From a virus, in the IMG/VR virus record IMGVR_UViG_3300045988_088018: a DNA stretch of 14,097 nt; one strand, 5' to 3'. The position numbers and the translations under genes were made by a program. Below the pieces are notes generated by a model. It ran no database searches. It saw only the letters and a program-made list of their open reading frames with translations, and was not told the origin of the DNA. Shown here in pieces: positions 7,571-13,826 of the stretch (the stretch's first letter is position 1; every line of letters starts with the position of its first letter).

Positions 7571-7776
7571 GTATCAAATTCCTCCTTTAAATAAACATTG
7601 CCGTTAATATCAACGGTAAGCGTTTTTATATTTCTAATATTACCGTCTTTATCGAGGTAATAAATAGGGCTGTAAATATCTACTTTATTAATAGGTGCGT
7701 TGTCACAAACATTATCTAAGCAACAATATAAATTGTATACAGTACTAAGTTGTTCATGCGAATCTAAACATTCCAT
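7567..7776 (-). CDS. Hypothetical small Cys-rich protein
   Basis: It fills the gap between the endolysin and scaffold genes. Its stop overlaps the scaffold ATG as ATGA. Only a weak RBS (AAAGG, 10 nt upstream) is present. No recognisable motif. Confidence 0.45.
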   Translation of the reverse strand: MECLDSHEQLSTVYNLYCCLDNVCDNAPINKVDIYSPIYYLDKDGNIRNIKTLTVDINGNVYLKEEFDT

Positions 7777-8257
7777 AAATTTTTGACCTTTCGTATTCTA
7801 GTGTACAAATTTTATTTTTCTGATTGCCGCCAATTGCAAAAACAGTTTTTGACCCCGCTTTATTATCTAAGTAGGCAACTGCAACATGTTTCGAACTGGT
7901 TTCAACCATTTTGTTACCAGCCCATAAGAAAAATAAAATATCGTCTTTTTTAATGTCGATAGTTTTAAGTTGTTCCGCGTTGTAAAAAGTGCCTTTATTA
8001 GAATTTCTAAGTTTTACCATTAAAGAATAGACATTGTCTGACTTCACATCAGCCATACCTAACTTATTAATGATATATGATACTGTAGTGGCACACCAAC
8101 TTTCCTTAACATAAGAGCCGTAATACCATTTTTGGATAGTTCCAACTTTAGAATCCCACTCTACAGCTGGTTTCATTTTTTCCAATTCATCTGCGATAGA
8201 TTTTTTCGAACATGTTTCACGTGGAACATATTCGACTCCATCAATTGTTACTTTCAT
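7754..8257 (-). CDS. Endolysin, CHAP / NlpC-P60-like cysteine peptidase/amidase
   Basis: The catalytic-type motifs are ESWCATTVSY (Cys), SKHVAVAY (His) and AIGGNQ, in the order and spacing typical of CHAP/TIGR02594-like cell wall hydrolases. It lies directly after a holin-like gene. AAGGAG is 10 nt upstream. Confidence 0.65.
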   Translation of the reverse strand: MKVTIDGVEYVPRETCSKKSIADELEKMKPAVEWDSKVGTIQKWYYGSYVKESWCATTVSYIINKLGMADVKSDNVYSLMVKLRNSNKGTFYNAEQLKTIDIKKDDILFFLWAGNKMVETSSKHVAVAYLDNKAGSKTVFAIGGNQKNKICTLEYERSKIYGMFRFA

Positions 8258-8450
8258 TCTCTTTCATCTCCTTTAACATAAGAGATAATTCATTGAGTGC
8301 CTGCGTATTATTATTAATTGCTTCTGTAAACAATTTTGTTTCATCTTTATGACTATTCATTTCCCGATACCACAAATAAAACAATGCAATGCATAACGCT
8401 ACTGGAACCCCTGTGTTATTAATAAACTGCGTGATACTTGCTAAATCCAA
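8241..8450 (-). CDS. Holin-like protein (BhlA/UviB-like: one N-terminal TM helix plus a charged coiled C-terminus)
   Basis: A 69-aa protein with a single hydrophobic segment (GVPVALCIALFYLWY) followed by a K/E-rich tail, immediately upstream of the endolysin. It has a TTG start (8450-8448) with GGAGGTGG 6 nt upstream. Confidence 0.55.
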   Translation of the reverse strand: MDLASITQFINNTGVPVALCIALFYLWYREMNSHKDETKLFTEAINNNTQALNELSLMLKEMKENESNN

Positions 8451-8476
8451 GCTACCACCTCCATTCTCCGCCCTTA

Positions 8477-8560
8477 TAATGGGAGATACTCCGGCGCGTC
8501 CCCGCGCGACTCACGCTTTCCGAGCGTTGGATATTGAGCCGCTTCGTATATCTCCCACTA
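8477..8560 (-). ncRNA. GC-rich structured RNA element (three-way-junction fold) of unknown class; candidate small RNA or 5' leader of the late operon
   Basis: Minus-strand fold: P1 is 8560-8548 with 8489-8477 (core GGGAGAUA/UAUCUCCC). P2 is 8540-8536 with 8512-8508 (GGCUC/GAGUC). The inner hairpin ACGCU-CGGAA-AGCGU is at 8527-8513. The P3 hairpin GCGCG-GGGA-CGCGC is at 8507-8494. By my count 35 of 50 bases are G/C at 8481-8530, in an AT-rich genome. There is no credible ORF here. Confidence 0.45.
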
Positions 8561-8565
8561 ACAAC

Positions 8566-8594
8566 ATGATAGCACTTTCTAAATATTCTGTCAA
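8566..8594 (-). promoter_or_regulatory. Sigma-A-type promoter (late/lysis-structural operon or small RNA)
   Basis: Minus strand: TTGACA (8594-8589), a 17-nt spacer, then the extended -10 TGcTATCAT (8574-8566). It starts 6 nt after the ATPase stop codon. Confidence 0.65.
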
Positions 8595-8600
8595 GTCTGA

Positions 8601-9644
8601 TTATTCAAAATATTTTGACAATAAAACTTCACATAAATATTCTTCGAAATCAATTTTATTTCTAAGATACGCCAGCCACACATAAGCGAAGTCACGCTTA
8701 AAGCGGACTAACGATATTTCACTTGGCTTGTATTCGGGGCAAGTGCCCGCTGTATGCGTACTAGCATAGTATCGTCCATTAGATTTGTGTTTGTATATAG
8801 TGAGTTCCCCGACATGGACGATTGGACGATATTCTTTTAATGATTTTGGCTTGGCTTGAAAATACTGCGAATCCAAAAATACATTGCCAAGTGCCATCTT
8901 ATTATATTCGTCATTTCCACCGACTTTGTATAATGCGGTGTTCTTTTTCATTTCAGCAATCGGCGATGATTGTGGAATAATTAAACAAATACCGCGCTCT
9001 TTATTAATGTAGTATTCCTGCTTGCTCTCAACCATTTTCATAGCTTTTGAAATAAGACCGAACTCCATAAACATAGGGTTAGCCATTCTATCACTATTGG
9101 CACAGCAAACCATCTGAAAAGATTTTTCCCCTTTTAATTCCCTATTTCGGTTAATAGTTTCAAACGCATTTCTAAAAGCGAATCCCTCTTCTTTAATTTT
9201 TATATCGTGAGGCTCTGGAATGAATTCGTCATATAGACCTATTCTGTAACCTTGTCCAGAAAATCCTCTTAAATTTTTAATGGTTGATAATGCCATGCAT
9301 AACGCTAAAACTCCGCCATCTTTGCAAAGTTTCCCGTTCTCATTCGTGTATGATTCATTAATGGTATATGACGATGTTTTCTTAATTGGAAAAAAATTAT
9401 AACTTTTATCAAAATCCGAATTAATAGGAATAAGCGGATTGTATTCTTTAGTGCAGCAAGCATCTAACTGCGTTTGTAATCGTCTCATATAAATAAATGG
9501 CTGTGGGTTGTCAATTAACAAATCTTTTAGTGTGCCGTATGTCTTACCGCTACCTCGTGTGTCTACTACAAAAGTAAACGGCAATCCCCATGATATGATT
9601 CTAGGCATATCAACCCAGCCATCCTTGTTATAGATATTCAGCAT
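8601..9644 (-). CDS. DNA packaging (encapsidation) ATPase, phi29 gp16-like
   Basis: Walker A is VVDTRGSGKTYG (phi29: GARGIGKSYA) at the same N-terminal distance. Walker B is IGLYDEF (phi29: IVFDEF). The 347-aa size compares with 332 aa for gp16. Confidence 0.85.
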   Translation of the reverse strand: MLNIYNKDGWVDMPRIISWGLPFTFVVDTRGSGKTYGTLKDLLIDNPQPFIYMRRLQTQLDACCTKEYNPLIPINSDFDKSYNFFPIKKTSSYTINESYTNENGKLCKDGGVLALCMALSTIKNLRGFSGQGYRIGLYDEFIPEPHDIKIKEEGFAFRNAFETINRNRELKGEKSFQMVCCANSDRMANPMFMEFGLISKAMKMVESKQEYYINKERGICLIIPQSSPIAEMKKNTALYKVGGNDEYNKMALGNVFLDSQYFQAKPKSLKEYRPIVHVGELTIYKHKSNGRYYASTHTAGTCPEYKPSEISLVRFKRDFAYVWLAYLRNKIDFEEYLCEVLLSKYFE

Positions 9645-9672
9645 AATAAAATAAGCGGGGCATTCGCCCCGC
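9645..9672 (-). terminator. Terminator-like GC hairpin plus U-tract, immediately upstream of the ATPase ATG
   Basis: Minus strand: GCGGGGC-GAAU-GCCCCGC (9672-9655), then UUAUUUUAUU (9654-9645), then AUG at 9644. Confidence 0.6.
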
Positions 9673-9693
9673 CGTTCCTCCTTTCTAGGATAA

Positions 9694-9888
9694 TTACTTT
9701 TTTACTTTCTCTTTCTGTTTTGATTCATAGACAAGTCGCGCTGTCTCAAGTTCTTTATCAATTCTTCTAATTAACAGATAATTGGCTCTTAAACTCTCAG
9801 TAGGCTCACCGTTTGACAATGAATCCATATAGGAAGTATAAACTTCCTCTTTGATTGCGTTATATACTTTTTCTTCAAATTTATACAT
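9694..9888 (-). CDS. Hypothetical protein (64 aa, helical, charged)
   Basis: AAGGAGG lies 8 nt upstream of the ATG. It is tightly packed after the SSB-like gene. No recognisable motif. Confidence 0.5.
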   Translation of the reverse strand: MYKFEEKVYNAIKEEVYTSYMDSLSNGEPTESLRANYLLIRRIDKELETARLVYESKQKEKVKK

Positions 9889-9901
9889 TCTTATTTCCTC
9901 C

Positions 9902-10234
9902 TTATGCTTCTAATACAATGTTTAAAAACTCACGTCCCGCTTTTGTTACGCCTTTAATAACCTTGATGATATTAATTTCTCCAAAGTCATCTAACAGGGT
10001 AATAAGTTCTTTTCGAACTACGCCGCTATTAGTTGTATAAACAACTCCGCTTTTATCCTCAAAGGATACCAATTTTACCTCTTTTCCGTCTTTATCATTA
10101 CTTGTATAGATAACAAAGTTTTCAAGTTCGATAATCTGGTCTACAGCTTCTTTGAGCGGTTTAGCTTCTGGGGAACGAGTCAGTTTGTAAAGTTCCATTT
10201 TGTTAAGTTCTTTGTTTGTTCTTTCAATTGTCAT
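9902..10234 (-). CDS. Candidate single-stranded DNA-binding protein (phi29 p5-like)
   Basis: The 110-aa size compares with 124 aa for p5. The C-terminal pattern KEVKLVSFEDKSGVVYTTNSGVV...IIKVIKGVTKAGREFLNIVL parallels phi29 p5 EETVTTIFAADGSLYSAISKTV...FKVKVVQGTSSKGNVFFSLQL. AGGAGG is 6 nt upstream, and it is the first gene behind a consensus promoter. Confidence 0.45.
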   Translation of the reverse strand: MTIERTNKELNKMELYKLTRSPEAKPLKEAVDQIIELENFVIYTSNDKDGKEVKLVSFEDKSGVVYTTNSGVVRKELITLLDDFGEINIIKVIKGVTKAGREFLNIVLEA

Positions 10235-10277
10235 TGTTTACCTCCTAAAAATAATTCTGGTTTCGATTACATTATTT

Positions 10278-10306
10278 ATTATAATTCATTTCATCTAAAA
10301 TGTCAA
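10278..10306 (-). promoter_or_regulatory. Perfect consensus sigma-A promoter (middle operon: SSB-like gene, ORF, ATPase)
   Basis: Minus strand: TTGACA (10306-10301), a 17-nt spacer, TATAAT (10283-10278). It sits in the 77-nt gap between the polymerase stop and the next ATG. Confidence 0.75.
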
Positions 10307-10311
10307 TAGAT

Positions 10312-12369
10312 TTATGATAAATCAGCTAGTAAATTTTTATATTCATCTGTCAAACTCATATTATAAGTTGTCGGTCTTAATGTAACATTGGAAGTTATTT
10401 CTATATCGTGATTTTCAATTCTAATTCGTTTTGTAACAGGATTGTCACTGTACACCGTTTCAAGTCTCCCCGCATCTCGAAATACGAACCCATCACGAAA
10501 GGCAGTAATGCCGCCGCGTGAATCAATTTCCTCGCCGCCCTTTTTCTTCTGTACGCCTGAAACTGTAATATGTGTTTCTGGTTTGCCTTTTTCTGTATAA
10601 GCATATCGTTTCGCCCCCAATGTTATGAAATTGTCGTAGTATCCGTCATTTTCATAAATTTCCATAAAATGAGTTATACCGAATTTATCTCTAGCAAAAG
10701 CACCGGATTCTATTGACTGCCTCATTTTACGATTATTATATTCTGTAAAGTCAACTTCCGTTATAAATTTATTACTATCAGTATCGCCATAAATCCAAGC
10801 ATCTGGATTCAGCCATATTCCTTCATGTAATTCATAACGTGCGTTTGCAGTAGTCCAAACTCCCCATTGATACGGTAAAAACGCTTTTTCATTGTATGCA
10901 TCTAAAAGTTTGTTTTCCGCTTCTTCTCGTTCTATAAAACCAGTTCCATAGATATAATCTATGGACTGTTTAACTGGGTCTTGTGCTGACATTCCATAAA
11001 TGCTGTTCAACAAGTTTTTATTTTTATTATAATATATTTCTTGCCCATCTACATTCTTAAGCTCTGTTTTATTTTTATAATACATTTTATTTAATTCAAT
11101 AAGAGGCTTCGGAAGTTTACCGTATTTTGATACATACGCATCATAAAAATCTACTTCATCAAAATCATACTCCCGAATCAAAATTTTAAAATCAATATCG
11201 GTTAAAGTCGTTTCTGTGTAGTCAGCGTATAAGATGCGCCCGTTATCATAAACGCCTTTTTGCGTTGCTCTACATTTCGAACGTGATAAATAGGGGTTGG
11301 GAAACCCGTCTTTGATTCTCACGTTGTATATAGTACAGCGAAAAACCATTGCGCGATTATTTTGTAAGTATTTATAAAATTCTTTCGGTTCGATTTCGCC
11401 CTTATATTTAAATGGTTCAACCGGATATAAACCATTACACTGTACGCCGGGATAACTACTAGAACGATCTTTACTAAACACACCCTGCAGAAGTTTACCC
11501 ACAAAAAATCGGCTTGCGTGTGTATCGCCGCCTCTGAATGCTTCGCGAAGAAGTTTGTATAGTTCGTAGTTTGGCATAAGTGATTTAAGCCATGCTTTAT
11601 TTACACTTCGCATTGCCTGTTTAGCATCACGCCTAACATAGCCAGTAGAAGTTAATGGAATAGTGTATAATGTGTCCATATCGCGTTTTAACTCTGCTTC
11701 GATAATTTCTACTGTTGCTAACACATCATTCACACAATATCGTAATTCATATTCAGTTAAAGGTGTCCACGGAAAACGCAACTTGTTATAATCAAATAAT
11801 TTACCAGATAGTTTGCCATGCTCTACATTAAATTTATTAGAAGCGACTGCTAAACTCATGTTTGTTTGTAAATACGCGTCTCTAAATTCCAGTTTATCAT
11901 CAAACATAGAGCATTTTAATATTTTACGTGATTTTACAGCAAATACTTCTTCCGGTTTAAAATGATATATTCCAGATAAAAACTGAAATTCATATGATAA
12001 ATTCCAGACATAAATTACTATAGTTTCTTCACTTTCTAGCTGACTTGTAATGTATTTACACATAGCAAGAAATTCTTTCCAAGTTCTCCCTGTTATAACT
12101 GTATGAGTACCTATAGCAAACTGCCAATGATACATGATACTAGCTTCTTCTTTTTTAGCTATTAATTCCCCCGTTTCTTTATTCTTTTCATATTTTTCTA
12201 TTGGCATAAATGGAGTAATGCACGTTGTTTCAATATCAAAAGCTGTAACAACATTTTTATATTTTCGCAATTTCTTTTTTGTTCTGTTATTTCCACGTGG
12301 GCGATTTAACAGAGTAATATTTGTAATTATATCCGGCTTTATATTATTCATGTTATACAACTTATACAA
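10312..12369 (-). CDS. Protein-primed family-B DNA polymerase (phi29 gp2-like)
   Basis: Exo I is FDIETT. Exo II is WNLSYEFQF. Exo III is YCVNDVLA. Motif A is DRSSSYPG (DxxSxYP). Motif B is KNLLNSIYG (Kx3NSxYG). Tx2AR is TTANAR. Motif C is YGDTDS. KxY is GAKRYAY. The start is uncertain: TTG at 12369 has GGAG 8 nt upstream, while the first ATG is at 12351. Confidence 0.92.
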   Translation of the reverse strand: MYKLYNMNNIKPDIITNITLLNRPRGNNRTKKKLRKYKNVVTAFDIETTCITPFMPIEKYEKNKETGELIAKKEEASIMYHWQFAIGTHTVITGRTWKEFLAMCKYITSQLESEETIVIYVWNLSYEFQFLSGIYHFKPEEVFAVKSRKILKCSMFDDKLEFRDAYLQTNMSLAVASNKFNVEHGKLSGKLFDYNKLRFPWTPLTEYELRYCVNDVLATVEIIEAELKRDMDTLYTIPLTSTGYVRRDAKQAMRSVNKAWLKSLMPNYELYKLLREAFRGGDTHASRFFVGKLLQGVFSKDRSSSYPGVQCNGLYPVEPFKYKGEIEPKEFYKYLQNNRAMVFRCTIYNVRIKDGFPNPYLSRSKCRATQKGVYDNGRILYADYTETTLTDIDFKILIREYDFDEVDFYDAYVSKYGKLPKPLIELNKMYYKNKTELKNVDGQEIYYNKNKNLLNSIYGMSAQDPVKQSIDYIYGTGFIEREEAENKLLDAYNEKAFLPYQWGVWTTANARYELHEGIWLNPDAWIYGDTDSNKFITEVDFTEYNNRKMRQSIESGAFARDKFGITHFMEIYENDGYYDNFITLGAKRYAYTEKGKPETHITVSGVQKKKGGEEIDSRGGITAFRDGFVFRDAGRLETVYSDNPVTKRIRIENHDIEITSNVTLRPTTYNMSLTDEYKNLLADLS

Positions 12370-12374
12370 TTACA

Positions 12375-13073
12375 TCACTCCGTTTCGATTCCTAGTTTTC
12401 TCGTCCAATATTTCGACGAGTCTTTTAAGTTTTTAGATGGTTTTCTAGTTTTTGCTAACTGTTCCTCTTTTACGATAAAATCCTCAAAATATTGTGATAT
12501 TAAATCGCTATTAATTTCTTTCTTTTCAATCTGCTCCATTAACTCTAAAACCCGCTCACTATCATATATAGAGTCAAGTTTTTTAGTTCTTAATAAATCC
12601 ATAAAATTATAAAATTGTTTTACATTCGATTTATTAAGTAAAAACTTGCCACGTGTTATTCGCTTAAATCCTGCGTGTTCCGCTCTTTCTTCGCCGTATT
12701 TATCAGCGTATGATTCATAATAGTTTCTATAAAGCATCTGATTAACAGAATTAATAGTTTCTTTGTCACGTGCTCTAAGTCCCGTGAGAGTAGATGTTTC
12801 AGCCGAAAGAAAGAGTGCTACTTCTTGTAGTTTCCGTCTTAACTGTCCATTAGTAGTAATATCAGAAATTTTAACAAACGAATCTTTCCGCCGCTGAATA
12901 AATGGTTCGTCTTTATATTCAGATTTTTCTATCTGCGCTAAACGCCGCCCTGCGATTTTACGAAGGCGGCTGTATTCAGAACGTACTTCTTTTATGTCAC
13001 GGTGGACTGTGTAGTACGCCATATATTCAAGATATCCCCATTTTAATACCTTGCTATTTTTCCAAAGACTCAT
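12375..13073 (-). CDS. Candidate terminal protein (replication primer)
   Basis: It lies immediately upstream of the polymerase gene, as phi29 gp3 does. It is 232 aa and rich in K/R/E/Y/S. The N-terminal EYSRLRKIAGRRLAQIEKSEY resembles phi29 TP AEYARLVKNTKAKIARTKKKY. AGGAGG is 5 nt upstream. The assignment rests mainly on synteny. Confidence 0.45.
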   Translation of the reverse strand: MSLWKNSKVLKWGYLEYMAYYTVHRDIKEVRSEYSRLRKIAGRRLAQIEKSEYKDEPFIQRRKDSFVKISDITTNGQLRRKLQEVALFLSAETSTLTGLRARDKETINSVNQMLYRNYYESYADKYGEERAEHAGFKRITRGKFLLNKSNVKQFYNFMDLLRTKKLDSIYDSERVLELMEQIEKKEINSDLISQYFEDFIVKEEQLAKTRKPSKNLKDSSKYWTRKLGIETE

Positions 13074-13323
13074 AAGTTCCTCCTATTGTATGATTATATT
13101 CTAAATATAGTCTATCATATTCGGCATTCACAATTCGTTGCCGTAAATAACGCCGTTCAACTTCATTTATCTTATTATTATCATATAACCAATTAATATA
13201 AAATAATTCACAATTACAATTAGCTATATTATTAATAACACGTTCACGAGTATTACGAGCATATGTTACCAATGCACGTTTATGACCTAAATTTCTAATG
13301 ATTTTATGTTTTATTTCTCGCAT
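13054..13323 (-). CDS. Hypothetical early protein (89 aa, basic)
   Basis: AGGAGG lies 8 nt upstream. It is R/K/N-rich and could bind DNA. No recognisable motif. Confidence 0.5.
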   Translation of the reverse strand: MREIKHKIIRNLGHKRALVTYARNTRERVINNIANCNCELFYINWLYDNNKINEVERRYLRQRIVNAEYDRLYLEYNHTIGGTYESLEK

Positions 13324-13340
13324 TTTTTATTCCTCCTATC

Positions 13341-13529
13341 TTAAACCATTCTAAACAGTAATAAAATTATATCAACACACTTTTCACAATGCTCTTCGGA
13401 GCCACTTGTAACAACTCTGCCGCTGTCAAGTTCACATATAGTCATTGCGGAACCGTCCCAATTAGTTTTGTAATCTTTTTCTGTAATGTATGCTAACATT
13501 GTTAATTTGTCTTTTAAAGATTCATTCAT
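13341..13529 (-). CDS. Hypothetical early protein (62 aa)
   Basis: It has a TAATG overlap with the upstream ORF, and AAGGAGG is upstream. No recognisable motif. Confidence 0.5.
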   Translation of the reverse strand: MNESLKDKLTMLAYITEKDYKTNWDGSAMTICELDSGRVVTSGSEEHCEKCVDIILLLFRMV

Positions 13530-13723
13530 TATATAACCTCCTTACTAGAATCATATACAAATATTAAATAATCATCTATTAAATTTTTATTAATTGCATA
13601 AAATAATGCATTGAATAATAAATTGAATTGATTTTCTGATAATTCCTTGTAACAATATGTTGCGTAGTGCGGATAACTATAAGCGATTTGTACTTTAACA
13701 ATTTTCATTTTGTATACCTCCAT
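13529..13723 (-). CDS. Hypothetical early protein (64 aa), first gene of the early operon
   Basis: GGAGG lies 8 nt upstream of the ATG at 13723. It is the first ORF inside the right ITR. No recognisable motif. Confidence 0.5.
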   Translation of the reverse strand: MEVYKMKIVKVQIAYSYPHYATYCYKELSENQFNLLFNALFYAINKNLIDDYLIFVYDSSKEVI

Positions 13724-13753
13724 ATAATTTAATTTATTTCTTTAACTGTCTTT

Positions 13754-13762
13754 ATTATAACA
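13754..13762 (-). promoter_or_regulatory. Candidate early promoter (extended -10, TGtTATAAT)
   Basis: Minus strand: TGTTATAAT (13762-13754), about 30 nt upstream of the first early gene's RBS. There is no good -35 (TGGCTT at 17-nt spacing). Confidence 0.5.
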
Positions 13763-13826
13763 CAACTCCATCATAAAAGCCAGTCTGACTATTTTAACGG
13801 TTATCAGAATACTTTACTACGTCAGT

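Noticed and set aside
8477-8560. Assignment of the structured RNA to a known class (c-di-GMP-I/II, purine, preQ1, ZTP, fluoride or guanidine riboswitches; hammerhead ribozyme; tRNA)
   Set aside because: From memory, the signature sequences of these classes are absent, for example the hammerhead CUGAUGA...GAAA core, the GEMM ACGCAAAGC-type segments and the purine-switch loop motifs. There is no cloverleaf. This was done by eye only, so an Infernal/Rfam scan is still needed.
8389-8685. Plus-strand ORF of 98 aa spanning the GC-rich intergenic island
   Set aside because: It runs antisense across the holin start, the structured region and the ATPase 3' end. It has no RBS, and the open frame is most simply a by-product of the GC-rich patch. 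The region is better explained as a promoter plus structured RNA on the minus strand.
9855-10040. Plus-strand ORFs 9855-10040 and 12134-12436
   Set aside because: They are antisense to well-supported minus-strand genes (the SSB-like gene, the polymerase and the TP junction) and have no RBS.
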